NCBI GenBank assembly: GCA_963772725.1
Contig: CAVYYI010000002.1
Span: 128,001-192,000 of the forward strand
Direction of reading: 5' to 3'
DNA length: 64,000 nucleotides
From: an uncultured Phycisphaerales bacterium
GTDB taxonomy: Bacteria > Planctomycetota > Phycisphaerae > Sedimentisphaerales > Anaerobacaceae
Shown here: positions 31,250 through 41,767 of the stretch, in pieces
Position numbering within the stretch: position 1 is the first letter of the stretch
Layout: each line of letters begins with the position of its first letter
The notes under the pieces: generated by a model
Seen by the model: the letters and a program-made list of their open reading frames with translations, nothing else
Told to the model about the DNA's origin: nothing
Database searches by the model: none
Program-made: the position numbers and the translations under genes

Positions 31250-31445
31250 TTACATTGCAGGAATGATAATTTACATTGCAGCGATGTAAATTTACATTAA
31301 GCCATTGCAGATTTACATTAAGTCAATGTAATTTTGCATTTAAGGGATGTAAATTGACATTATGCCTATGTAAGTTTACATTTGGTCACTGTAAATCAGC
31401 AATAAGCCGCTGTAAATTTGCATTGCCTCGATGTGAACTTGATTT
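31250..31445. repeat. Degenerate 21-bp tandem repeat (TGTAAATTTACATT core)
   Basis: 7-aa periodic CKFTLS pattern in ORF 31276-31596. Confidence 0.65.
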
Positions 31446-31609
31446 GTTGAATATGAAGCTTGATATGTTATATATCAAGTGTGAAATACGACGGATTAAA
31501 TATGAAATCAGGCTCGGCAACTGTCAAAATGACAGGAACAAAGACAATTTATTTGGACTTAAACTCAATAAAGGACATTCACAACGCCCTCGATAATAAT
31601 ACATGCTAA

Positions 31610-31680
31610 GATTATGATGAACGGGATTTACTCCGGAAGGTAACCGATACAAACGGCAATGTAACTGAATGCAGTTATAC
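31610..31680 (+). pseudogene. About 70-bp remnant of Rhs YD repeats
   Basis: GATTATGATGAACGGGATTTACTCCGGAAGGTAACCGATACAAACGGCAATGTAACTGAATGCAGTTATAC aligns to main Rhs ~24542-24612 (DYDERDLLWKVTDANGNVTEYSY). Confidence 0.8.
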
Positions 31681-31702
31681 ATTTTATTTAAGGGTACTAA
31701 CA

Positions 31703-32728
31703 ATGAGAAATATTATTAGATGTGTTTTATTTACAGCGATGGTAATACTTACAATTTCTTCTGTCGGCTGTAAAAGTAAAAAAGCTGACAACCAGGTTGT
31801 GGTTTATACATCTCTTGATGAGGTCTATAGCCAGCCTGTTCTTGATGCCTTTGAAAAAGAGACCGGTATTAAAGTTTTAGCGGTTTACGATTCCGAAGCG
31901 ACCAAGACCATTGGTTTGGTCAATCGTCTCATCGCCGAAAAGAATAGTCCGCGAGCCGATATATTCTGGAATTCCGAAACAGGCAGAACAATTGTTTTAA
32001 AGCAAAATGATGTACTTGATAAATATGTTTCTCCCTCAGCATCCGAAATCCCTGCGCAATTCAAAGACCCGCAGGGTTACTGGACGGGTTTTGCCGCACG
32101 CTGCAGGGTTCTGATATATAATACTAATCTATTAAAAAAAGAAGATTTGCCCAAATCCATTTTTGAACTTACCGATGTCAAATGGAAAGGCAAGGTTGCG
32201 ATTGCATATCCATTATTTGGCACGACCGCCACTCATTGTGCAGCTCTATTTGCCCAGCTTGGCGAAGAGAAGGCAAAGGCATACTTTGAAGCCTTAAAAG
32301 CTAATGGTGCTGTGCTAACCGATGGTAATGCCTCTGCACGCGACAGGGTTGCTGATGGTACGGTGCTGATAGCTTTTACCGATACCGATGATGCCTTTGT
32401 TGCAATAAATCAGGGAAAACCAGCTGATATTGTATGGCCGGATAAGGAAGGTATCGGTACATTATTGATACCGAACACTGTGGCTTTAATAAAAGACGGC
32501 CCTAACCCCGAAGCAGGCAGAAAGCTGATAGATTTTCTTTTAAGTCCAAAGGTTGAAGAGATGCTCGCACATTGTGAATCAGGCCAGATACCGCTACGAA
32601 CTTCGATAAAGTGCCCACAGCACGTACCAACGCTTGATAAGATTAAGGCGATGGATGTTGATTATGAGAAGATAGTCGATATGATGAAAACATCGGATAG
32701 TTTCCTGCAGAAGGTATTCGTAAGATAA
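31703..32728 (+). CDS. Fe3+/AfuA-type ABC substrate-binding lipoprotein
   Basis: Lipobox SVGC; VVVYTSLD, FEKETGIKV, EKNSPRADIFW, LIDFLLSP. Confidence 0.9.
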   Translation: MRNIIRCVLFTAMVILTISSVGCKSKKADNQVVVYTSLDEVYSQPVLDAFEKETGIKVLAVYDSEATKTIGLVNRLIAEKNSPRADIFWNSETGRTIVLKQNDVLDKYVSPSASEIPAQFKDPQGYWTGFAARCRVLIYNTNLLKKEDLPKSIFELTDVKWKGKVAIAYPLFGTTATHCAALFAQLGEEKAKAYFEALKANGAVLTDGNASARDRVADGTVLIAFTDTDDAFVAINQGKPADIVWPDKEGIGTLLIPNTVALIKDGPNPEAGRKLIDFLLSPKVEEMLAHCESGQIPLRTSIKCPQHVPTLDKIKAMDVDYEKIVDMMKTSDSFLQKVFVR

Positions 32729-32744
32729 TTGATGAAAAGAAACT

Positions 32745-34347
32745 ATGGATTTACGCAGACATCCACCAATATTGTATATTACCGCACTGGTCATATTCCT
32801 GATTACTGCAATTTTGCCGCTTGGGTATATGCTCGGGCAGTTCCTTGTCAGCCTCATTCAAAAGCCATCGGACATAACAAATGTTCTGATTGATAGCAGG
32901 CAATTAGTACTGCTTGGCAGAAGTTTTGGGATTGCGTTGTCAAGTGCGGCGGTAGCTTTTTTAATTGGTCTGCCTGTCGCGATTATTTTGGCTGCAAAAG
33001 ACCTGCCTTACAGAAGGCTGTTTTATTTCTTAGTATTGATACCTGTGCTGATACCGCCTTATGTGCTGGCGGGAGCATGGATTCATATGCTTAGTCCGAC
33101 AGGATGGATTAATACCACACTGGTTAATTTATTTGGACAATCGGCTAAGCTGACCGTTTTTTCAACGGCAGGCTGTGCATTGTTAATGGGAATCTCTTTT
33201 TTCCCCGTAATTGCCATAATTGTAGCGGCAGGACTATCCAGACTTGATAGTAATCTTACCGATATTGCACGCTTATATACCGGCAGGTGGTCTGTTTTTT
33301 GGTATTCGATAGTACCGCAAATTGTTCCGCATATCATAGCCTCGATATGTCTTGTGATGATATTTGTACTTGGTCAATATGGAGTGCCCCTCGCTTTTGG
33401 GGGTAAATACTTATCCTGTTGAGATTTTTGCACAGTTCAGTGCTTTTTATGATGAAAATAGTGCTGTTGCGATTTCATTGCCTATGGTTGTTTTGGTGAT
33501 TTTCCTAATTCTTTTACAGCGATGGGTAATGCGGGGTCTTGATTATGTCCGTATCAATCCTGACAGCGATTCGAAGAATCCGATAGTGCTTAATAAACAC
33601 AAGTATTATGGTATTATATTACTGATAATTATTTTTGTTGTGACAATATTATTTCCTTTTATAAGTGTGATGGCAAATATCGGGAGCTTTTCAAAAATAC
33701 TATCTACATTAAGTTCATTTGGCGATTGTCTGCTAACTACAAGTTTATTGGCATTAGGCGCTGCTGTTGTATCAACGGCAGTTGCTTTTACAATAGGATA
33801 TCGTCTGGCACACAATCACAACCGTCTTACAAGCATACTCGATATATTCTGCTGGCTTCCGATTGCCATACCGGGATCACTAATCGGATTAGGCTTAATC
33901 GGTTTGGCCGTCAAAATACCGAATCTTCAAAAAAATGATTCGTTTGGTTTTTTACTTCTTCTTGCATATATAGGAATGTTCACGGGCTTTTCGATTCGCG
34001 TCTTCCAGTCAGCCTATAAGAGGGCCGATCCAAATATTGACGAGGCCGCTGCGATGGAATGTCACCGCTGGTACCAGCGTTTACTTTATATAGATATGCC
34101 AATTCATTCAGGCGATATAGTTGTATCGATGATTATGGTTTTTGTGCTGGTGCTGGGAGAGTTAAATGCCACAGTTCTTTTGATTCCCCCCGGCAAAGCA
34201 ACCCTTTCGGTGTCTATAGACAATCTTCTGCATTACGGAGCTAATGCTGCGGCTTCTGCATTATGTCTGATAGAAGCAGGGCTTGTTATATTAGTTGTTA
34301 TATCTGGTTTATTTATGTGGTCTGTTTTCAAAAGAAATTTACGATGA
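32745..34347 (+). CDS. Fe3+-type ABC permease (two-repeat), frameshift at ~33390
   Basis: ORFs join at YGVP-SLLGVNTYPVEIF; EAA-like loops. Confidence 0.85.
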
Positions 34348-34886
34348 GATATGCAAAACATATAATGGCAGTCTTTGTTCTGTCGGCTTCGGTGATAATC
34401 CTGTTGGTGTTCGGCAGATGTAACAGGGAATCTGTTCAATCACAGACGGCAGAGCATGTTTACGCCTCGTGGGATACTATGGAATTTGACAAATGTGTGG
34501 CTGTATGGCTGATTGTTCATTTTATTGATAAAGATGCTAAGTTCGTTTTTTATCCAGAAAGTACTGAGATAACTAAAGGTATTCCTTTTGATATACCGGG
34601 CGCAGACTGGTCCCGCAAACATCGTAAATGTACTTCACAATGTATTCTGGAGACGATTAAAAACGCAGACACGGCAGTTGAAGAAATAGTTTCCATTGCG
34701 AACAGGGTGGAGCTTAATTTCTGGCAGTTGGATCGCTGGCCAGATACGCAAAAGTGTTTTTACCAGGTAAAAGAGATTATGGACAAAAATACTGACCTGA
34801 TTGTCTGTTTTGAAAAAACCAATGTGTATTTTGATAGTCTGTATGCTGTTCTAAAATCCGGAGAAGTAAAAGATCCCAACAATTAA
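34344..34886 (+). CDS. ChrB C-terminal-like protein with N-terminal anchor/signal
   Basis: DKCVAVWLIVHFIDKDAKFVF...GIPFDIPGA...KCT; ATGA overlap with the permease. Confidence 0.65.
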   Translation: MRYAKHIMAVFVLSASVIILLVFGRCNRESVQSQTAEHVYASWDTMEFDKCVAVWLIVHFIDKDAKFVFYPESTEITKGIPFDIPGADWSRKHRKCTSQCILETIKNADTAVEEIVSIANRVELNFWQLDRWPDTQKCFYQVKEIMDKNTDLIVCFEKTNVYFDSLYAVLKSGEVKDPNN

Positions 34887-34917
34887 ACCGTTATGATTAT
34901 TTTAAGAAAGGGAAAAT

Positions 34918-36096
34918 ATGGGAGTATCTTCGACAAGGAAAGTCATATCTGTTTTAATAATGCTTTTTATGTGTGATTCACTTTGGGCTCAGACAAATTA
35001 CTGCGACATACCGGATGTGGGTACGTTGAAGCCGGGCGGTGTAACGACGAATACGAGTATTATGCATATCTGGCAGGGTGCAGTCAATGGGACAGAAACA
35101 AAAAACTCAGACAGGATAACGGGATTATACGATTTTGACTTATATTATTTATTGACTTCAACTCCTTCGGATTCGAACATAGGCGATTATTTTATGCTCG
35201 CGGTATCAACACAGGCGGCTTTCGGGAATGGGGTAAGCGGAAGCAAGGTCGGAAGCTTTTTTGAATTAAATGAAAACGCCAAAGGAGACTATGCGTTTAT
35301 TATCGATAAGCTGTATTCCGAATTTACACTTGCAAACAGGATTCTCACCTTTGATGTTGGCAAAATAGATTTAGAGGATTTTTTCGATGGTTCGGCGGTG
35401 GCAGGATGCGAAAAAGGCCAGTTTCTGGCAAGACCGCTATTTAAAAATGGAGCTATTCCATTTCCGGGTAAGGGGCTGGGTGTAAGAGGTTTATACAAAC
35501 CAGGCGATTTTTGGTATTTTCAGGCTGCGGTTGCCGATGCCCATGGCGACAAGAGGGAAACAGGCTTCAATACTGCTTTTGGCGATGATGCTGATACATT
35601 CAGCATAGCCGAGATTGGAATTATGCCAAAATTGTTTAATATGCCGGGTACATACAGATTCATAATATGGTATGACCCACAGAGCAAATCTTACCTTAAC
35701 GGGAACGGACGGACTAAAGACGATGACTGTGGAGCCGCATTAAGTTTTGACCAGCAGATATCATCAAAAACAACATTATTTGCTCGATATGGTATAGCCG
35801 ACGAAAGTATTAATGAGGTTGAAGATTTTGTCAGTTTTGGAGGCCAAGTTAAAGGTTTGATTAATGGCCGTGATAATGATGTGTTCGCGGTTGGATATGC
35901 ACAGGGACTTAGAAGTACAGAAGGTCTTTCAGATGAACAGGCTCGCATTATTAATCTTATAGAGACTTATTATTCCATAGCGGTAAACAGGAACATAATA
36001 ATTACCCCCAGCATTCAATTTGTAATGGAACCGGGCGGATTGAAAGACCAGTCAGCCGCTACGGTCTTTGGTATAAGATGCAGGATAAAGTTTTAA
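34918..36096 (+). CDS. OprB-family porin
   Basis: Signal peptide; VGKIDLEDFFD, LSFDQ, LFARYG, IETYY...ITPSIQF; terminal Phe. Confidence 0.8.
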   Translation: MGVSSTRKVISVLIMLFMCDSLWAQTNYCDIPDVGTLKPGGVTTNTSIMHIWQGAVNGTETKNSDRITGLYDFDLYYLLTSTPSDSNIGDYFMLAVSTQAAFGNGVSGSKVGSFFELNENAKGDYAFIIDKLYSEFTLANRILTFDVGKIDLEDFFDGSAVAGCEKGQFLARPLFKNGAIPFPGKGLGVRGLYKPGDFWYFQAAVADAHGDKRETGFNTAFGDDADTFSIAEIGIMPKLFNMPGTYRFIIWYDPQSKSYLNGNGRTKDDDCGAALSFDQQISSKTTLFARYGIADESINEVEDFVSFGGQVKGLINGRDNDVFAVGYAQGLRSTEGLSDEQARIINLIETYYSIAVNRNIIITPSIQFVMEPGGLKDQSAATVFGIRCRIKF

Positions 36097-36135
36097 AATG
36101 GTTTAAGCTTCAAGCAATTTACAGGAAATCTGTTT

Positions 36136-37245
36136 ATGGCAAGAGTTTTGCTACAAAATGTAACAAAGATTTACAATGATAAAATTAAGGCAGTAGATAA
36201 TGTTACCTTGGAGGTTAATGACCAGGAATTTATGGTTGTTGTTGGACCTTCTGGCTGCGGGAAGACGACTATTTTAAGGATGGTTGCAGGTCTTGAAGAT
36301 GTCACCGATGGCAAAATCTATATTGGTGAGGCAGCAGCGAATAATATTAAACCCAAAGACCGCGATGTCTCAATGGTTTTTCAGAATTACGCCTTGTATC
36401 CTCATATGACAGTTTTTCGGAATATGGCCTTCGGGCTTAAATTGCTCAAATATCCCAAATCAGAAATTGAAAAACGTGTTTTGGAAGCTGCAAAACTTTT
36501 GGAAATAGAAAACCTGCTTGACCGGATGCCGCAAGCCCTTTCAGGCGGTCAGAGACAGAGAGTGGCTGTTGGTAGGGCTATCGTTAGAAATCCCAAGGTT
36601 TTTTTATTTGATGAGCCTTTAAGTAATCTTGATACGATTCTTAGAATAACTACAAGAACAGAATTAAAACTCCTGCACAAAAGGCTAAAAACAACCACCA
36701 TATATGTCACGCATGATCAGTCTGAGGCAATGACTATGGGAGATAGAATCTGTGTTTTATCCAAAGGTGTTATCCAACAAATCGGCTCACCTCTGGAAGT
36801 CTATAACCGGCCGGCAAATAGATTTGTTGCCAGTTTTTTTGGAGCTTCGCCGATGAATTTGTTAAATGGCAGGATTCAGATGAAAGATAGTAGAAGCCAT
36901 TTTACGATTCTCGGAGGAGAACTGCTTTTACCCTCACGTCTTCAGACCATTGCTGCCTCATACAGAGATAAAGAAATGGTATTGGGTATTCGACCCGAAT
37001 CACTTTCACTGACACCTACTGGCTCAATAAATAATAATAGCGTAAGGATTAAAGTTGTTGCTATTGAACCATTGGGAGATAGTATGGATATTTGTATGAC
37101 CTTAGCAAATAGCTCTCGAATTGTTGCTAACATCGAATCGAATATAGGAATAAATGCAGAAGAATATGTAACGGCGTATATCGATATGGAAAAGGTCCAT
37201 ATTTTTGAAAAAGGCAATGGTGGAAGAAATATACTATTTTCATAA
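36136..37245 (+). CDS. ABC ATPase, MalK/UgpC-like
   Basis: GPSGCGKT, LSGGQRQR, FLFDEPLSNLD, TOBE-like tail. Confidence 0.92.
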   Translation: MARVLLQNVTKIYNDKIKAVDNVTLEVNDQEFMVVVGPSGCGKTTILRMVAGLEDVTDGKIYIGEAAANNIKPKDRDVSMVFQNYALYPHMTVFRNMAFGLKLLKYPKSEIEKRVLEAAKLLEIENLLDRMPQALSGGQRQRVAVGRAIVRNPKVFLFDEPLSNLDTILRITTRTELKLLHKRLKTTTIYVTHDQSEAMTMGDRICVLSKGVIQQIGSPLEVYNRPANRFVASFFGASPMNLLNGRIQMKDSRSHFTILGGELLLPSRLQTIAASYRDKEMVLGIRPESLSLTPTGSINNNSVRIKVVAIEPLGDSMDICMTLANSSRIVANIESNIGINAEEYVTAYIDMEKVHIFEKGNGGRNILFS

Positions 37246-37505
37246 CATATACGGTGTAAACAACTGGAATCATTATGAAAATAGAACATAAACAGAATTG
37301 CTAAGCCAGTTTATATCTGCTACAATATTCCTGTTATAAAGGCAACCTGTTTTAGGTGCCCTTAAAGTTGCTCTAAAAATAAGTATCAAGACAGTAAAAA
37401 ACCGTGTTGAGACAGTAAAGAAACGAGAGACTCTAAATCTTTGTTTTTACTAGAGTTAAATGCTAAATACAGATTTTTAACGAGTTTACAAAAAGAGGGC
37501 AGATT

Positions 37506-37522
37506 GAATCCCGCCCTCTCCG
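37506..37522 (+). other. Putative attR: 3'-end fragment of tRNA-Ser
   Basis: GAATCCCGCCCTCTCCG fits T-arm + acceptor + G73 of tRNA-Ser; AGACAGTAAA direct repeats at 37389 and 37410; accessory-to-core switch here. Confidence 0.6.
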
Positions 37523-37650
37523 TTTTGATGGCCCGACAGCTGTCAAATGATCAGCGACAATTATTCTTACCTTCCGGCGACAGTTAAAAGTTCCGGATGA
37601 ATTAAAGTTGGAATATGCTATCTGAAACTCATTAAGTCAGGAGATTTCAG

Positions 37651-39137
37651 ATGGTTAAAGACAAACAGGTAAGGAGATTGTTCGCTATGAAAAACAAATG
37701 CAAGACCTTATATCAGCTTGCAGACAAGGCTGGTATAAGCACTAAAACCGCCCGCAAGTATTTAAAAACGGGCGTGCTGCCCAGCCAATGCCAAGCTATC
37801 CACGACTGGCCCACCCATCCGGATGCCTTTGCAGGGGATTGGCCATGGGTTGAAGAATTCCTCAAAAACAACTCCGGTCTTGAATCTAAATCGCTTTTTG
37901 AGGCTCTGCAGCGTGAATATCCCGGTAAATACCAGGACAGCGAATTAAGAACCTTCCAGAGACGAGTAAAACAATGGAAAGCCTTGTCCGGTCCGGCTCA
38001 GGAAGTGTTTTTTCCACAAATCTATAAACCCGGCCAATGGTGCGAATCAGACTTTACCAGGATGAATAAGCTGGGTATCACCATTTGCGGCATACCTTTT
38101 ATTCACATGCTGTACCATTTTGTATTGTGTTTGTCGAACTGGGAAACCGTCACGGTATGTTTTTCAGAAAGCTATGAAAGTTTAAGTGCCGGTATTCAAA
38201 ATGCCCTCTGGAAGTTAGGCGGCATACCACGCTATCATAGGACTGATAATTTAACCTGTGCGGTTAACAAGGTAGGCAATCCTGAGGAATTCACGGCTAA
38301 CTATCAGGGTCTTGCGAATCATTATGGTTTCCAAAGCTGTAAAATCCAGCCTCACTGTCCGAATGAAAACGGCGATATAGAGCAGCGTCATCACAGGTTA
38401 AAGAGAGCTGTTGAACAGGCGTTAATCCTTAGAGGAAGCAGAGATTTTAACAGCAGGAAAGATTATGAAATGTTTCTTGAAAAGCTGCTCGACCAACTCA
38501 ATACCGGCCGCACAAAACTCTTGGCCGAAGAGTTAAAGGTTCTGCGGCAATTGCCAACCCGCAGGCATGAAGATTTCACCAGGGATAAATGCAGGGTAAG
38601 TCGTGGCTGCACGGTCCGAGTTCTTAAGAACAGCTATTCTGTTCACAGCAGGCTTAGGGGAGAAAATGTTGACGTTCGAATATATGCCGAACATATCGAA
38701 GTCTGGTATGCTCAAAGAAGAATTGAAGTATTGCCCAGATTACACGGTGAAAACGGTCATTACATCAATTACCGCCACGTTATAGATACCCTTGTTCGCA
38801 AACCCGGGGCGTTTGAGAACTATTGCTATAAAGATGATATGTTTCCCACAAGTCAGTTCAGGATCGCATATGATCTCCTGCGTGATCAACATGGGATGAA
38901 GCAGGGTAATAAGCAGTATCTGAAAATTCTTGAATTACTGCCAACGAAAGCCAGACATCTGTCAATGAAGCTTTGCGGTTCCTGATCAACCATGCAGATG
39001 CGATTGATTTTGATATGGTAGAACAAATAGTCAAATCCGAACAACAGCCGCCGGATGTCACTGACGTTTGTGTTGGCGATATTGATCTGAACAGTTATGA
39101 CTGTCTACTTGAATCGGCGGAGGCACTACTGGTATGA
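37651..39137 (+). CDS. istA: IstA with a 1-bp deletion at ~38938 (possibly a sequencing error)
   Basis: GAATTACTGCC versus GAATTAGCTGCC in copy 2. Confidence 0.9.
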
Positions 39138-39898
39138 GTAAAAATGATCTGGATAATCAGCTTGTAAACCTTCTCAAAGAACTTCACCTGCCGATGTTCC
39201 GTGAATATTACGCCGAGTTCGCTCAGAAGGCTATCGCCGAAGATATGGGTTATTCACAATATCTATTGGAATTGGCTCAGCGTGAGTGTGATGTTCGCAG
39301 AGCCAATAAAATCGCAAGGCTGGTAAAAGCCTCAAAGCTTCCTATGGAAAAGACCATGGCAAACTTTGATTTTAAACGTATGCCGTTGAAGATACGTCAG
39401 CAGGTCAAAATTCTTTTGGAAGGTTCATTTGTTGACAGAACAGAGAATATTCTTGCATTTGGCAAACCCGGCAGCGGTAAGACACATTTACTGTGTGGTA
39501 TCTGTCATGAACTTGCCCGGCAGGGAAAAAAGGTTTACTTTACTACGTGTGATATGATGTTGCAGGAGTTATTACGAGCCAAGCAGGAGTTGAAGCTGGA
39601 CAAATGGCTCAAGAAGCTGTCACAGTACGAGGCATTGATGATAGATGACTTCGGCTATGTCAAACAGAACCGCGAGGAGATGGAGGTGCTGTTTACCTTA
39701 TTAGCTCATTGTTATGAACGTGGCAGCGTGTTGATTACCAGCAATCTGCCGTTCAGTAAATGGGAAGTCATCTTTAAGGATCCGATGACCACTGCAGCAG
39801 CGATCGACCGGCTGGTACATCATAGTGTGATCCTTGAATTGAATGTACCGAGCTACCGAGCTGAGGAAGCTCAGAGACGGAAAAATAAGGACACGTAA
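39134..39898 (+). CDS. istB: IS21 helper ATPase IstB
   Basis: Protein identical to the other copies. Confidence 0.95.
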   Translation: MSKNDLDNQLVNLLKELHLPMFREYYAEFAQKAIAEDMGYSQYLLELAQRECDVRRANKIARLVKASKLPMEKTMANFDFKRMPLKIRQQVKILLEGSFVDRTENILAFGKPGSGKTHLLCGICHELARQGKKVYFTTCDMMLQELLRAKQELKLDKWLKKLSQYEALMIDDFGYVKQNREEMEVLFTLLAHCYERGSVLITSNLPFSKWEVIFKDPMTTAAAIDRLVHHSVILELNVPSYRAEEAQRRKNKDT

Positions 39899-40233
39899 TG
39901 TCCGAAATTTTGCCCCCCATGGGGGGCACCTCCTAAAGGCTATAAGCTAAGGTAAGTGTTATGAAGTAACGGTAAAAATAACTGTCGTTGAAGGGAAATT
40001 ATAATTGACGCCGGACAGTCAAACAAAAAAAGCTGTTTTAGCTTGAATATTGTTTCGACGCAGGCACCCATCTGTCAAAGGCTCTTTTTTTCATCATTAT
40101 CAAGAAAAACGGCGGCGATGTTTTCTCCAATTTCGGTTGTTTTTTCCAAGAACATCTGACTGTCGTATTCGCAAATACACCCGAAAACATATCTAACCAT
40201 AGCATAATCCGCCGTGCCGGATTTCGTGCTATT

Positions 40234-41304
40234 TTAGACATTGAATCTGAAATTAATTACATCGCCGTCTTTGACGATATAATCTTTTCCCTCAAGCCGT
40301 GTTTTGCCGGCAGCTTTAACAGCCTTTTCATTTCCGAACTGTTTGAGGTCGGTAAACGCTATGGTTTCAGCGCGTATAAAACCGCGTTTAATGTCACTGT
40401 GGATTTTTCCGGCAGCGTCAAGTGCGGTAGTCCCCTGCTTAATGGGCCAGGCTCGTACTTCATCTTCGCCACTGGTGAGGAAACTTATCAGCCCGAGCGC
40501 CGAATAGCAACTGTTTACAAATTTGCTCACGGCGGATTCGGAAATCCCCAGGTCGGCCATAAAATCCTTTTTGCTTGCGGCATCGAGCTGTGACAATTCA
40601 TATTCGAGGTTTGCGCAGATTTCGATTACAGGGACGGTTTTATCGAACAAGCCGCTGAAATCGAATTTTTTGCCCAACTGGTTTTCACCGACATTTACGG
40701 CGATAACGACGGGTTTAAAAGTCAAAAAAGCGAGGGACTTAATCGTCTCGCGGTCAGCTTCACTCTGTACGGCTGAACTAATCGGTTTTCCGGACTCAAT
40801 CGCTTCCTGAAGCCTTTTCTGGAGGGCCAGCTCAAGTTTATCCTGAGACTGGGTTTTTGTAGGCTTATTGGCCTGTTTCTCGAGGTTTTCAATGCGGGTT
40901 GTCACGAGTTCCAAATCAGCCAGAAGCAATTCGGTTTTGAGTTCATCCAAATCTCTGGAAGGATTGATGGTATCGCGGTAAATCGGCACGGCTGTATTTT
41001 CAAAGGCACGAACAACCAATACGAGTAAATCGACGGTTCGTATCTGGTTGATATTACGACGTGCAGCCGTTCGGCCGTGTTCATCTGAAAAATTAAAGCC
41101 TGGCAAATCAAGGCAGTCTATTGTGCCGGTGGTAGTCTTTTTGGGCTTGTAGAGTTCGGTAAGCCAATTAAGGCGCTCATCGGGGACAGGCACTACGGCA
41201 TCTTCGATTGCGGCAACGCCAGCATGATGCGAGGCTTTTCCGCTGATAGCCGATAGAATCGTACTTTTACCGGATTGAGGCAAACCAATTAACGCTGCTT
41301 TCAT
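40234..41304 (-). CDS. ychF: YchF/Obg-family ATPase
   Basis: GLPQSGKST, VPVPDERL, AAGKIHSDIKRGFIRAE, RLEGKDYIVKDGDVINFRFNV. Confidence 0.9.
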   Translation of the reverse strand: MKAALIGLPQSGKSTILSAISGKASHHAGVAAIEDAVVPVPDERLNWLTELYKPKKTTTGTIDCLDLPGFNFSDEHGRTAARRNINQIRTVDLLVLVVRAFENTAVPIYRDTINPSRDLDELKTELLLADLELVTTRIENLEKQANKPTKTQSQDKLELALQKRLQEAIESGKPISSAVQSEADRETIKSLAFLTFKPVVIAVNVGENQLGKKFDFSGLFDKTVPVIEICANLEYELSQLDAASKKDFMADLGISESAVSKFVNSCYSALGLISFLTSGEDEVRAWPIKQGTTALDAAGKIHSDIKRGFIRAETIAFTDLKQFGNEKAVKAAGKTRLEGKDYIVKDGDVINFRFNV

Positions 41305-41306
41305 TT

Positions 41307-41723
41307 TTAAACCTTTCCGTTATTAGTTCGTGGTTCGTAGTTGGTAGATGCGGTTTTGTGTTCCAAAGAATATTTCAGGCCGCTTAGCATTTTAGATATC
41401 TCAACAAGATGCTCTTTACACTCCACAAATATTTCTTCTGTGATATAGTTTTGTTTCACTGAAATCTGCAATATCGCTGCAAACTCATTGACATAGCCTC
41501 GCGCCATATCTAAAAATCTGCAAAAATCCTTTTTGGTTCTTGCGGTTCCTTCGGCGATATTCAATGAAATCGATACTGAAGCTCTACGTAATTGGCCGGT
41601 TAAGCCAAATATTTCATTATGCGGAAACTTTCTGGTCAATAGATAAACCTTATTAGCAAATTCAATAGCTCTCTGATAAACCATCAGGTCTTCAAACTTG
41701 AATTTTACCTGTTTTGTACTCAT
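41307..41723 (-). CDS. Four-helix-bundle (23S rRNA IVS-like) protein
   Basis: FEDLMVYQRA...FP..EIFGLTGQLRRASVSISLNIAEG...FLDMARG. Confidence 0.92.
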   Translation of the reverse strand: MSTKQVKFKFEDLMVYQRAIEFANKVYLLTRKFPHNEIFGLTGQLRRASVSISLNIAEGTARTKKDFCRFLDMARGYVNEFAAILQISVKQNYITEEIFVECKEHLVEISKMLSGLKYSLEHKTASTNYEPRTNNGKV

Positions 41724-41767
41724 TCTTTTTTCCCATCTACGAACTAAAAACTACGAACTAAGAACTA
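41324..41767. repeat. Inverted heptamer arrays bracketing the four-helix-bundle gene (41324-41350 and 41734-41767)
   Basis: TAGTTCG TGGTTCG TAGTTGG TAGATG versus reverse complement TAGTTCT TAGTTCG TAGTTTT TAGTTCG TAGATG. Confidence 0.85.

Larger units (their letters stand above)
37548..40017 (+). mobile_element. IS21-family element, copy 3, target duplication GTCAAA
   Basis: GTCAAA at 37542-37547 and 40018-40023. Confidence 0.95.

Noticed and set aside
31276..31596. 106-aa Cys-rich ORF as a real protein
   Set aside because: TTG start without a clear RBS; its periodicity is explained by the 21-bp DNA repeat
40038..40241. 67-aa ORF after ychF
   Set aside because: No recognisable motif; unsupported
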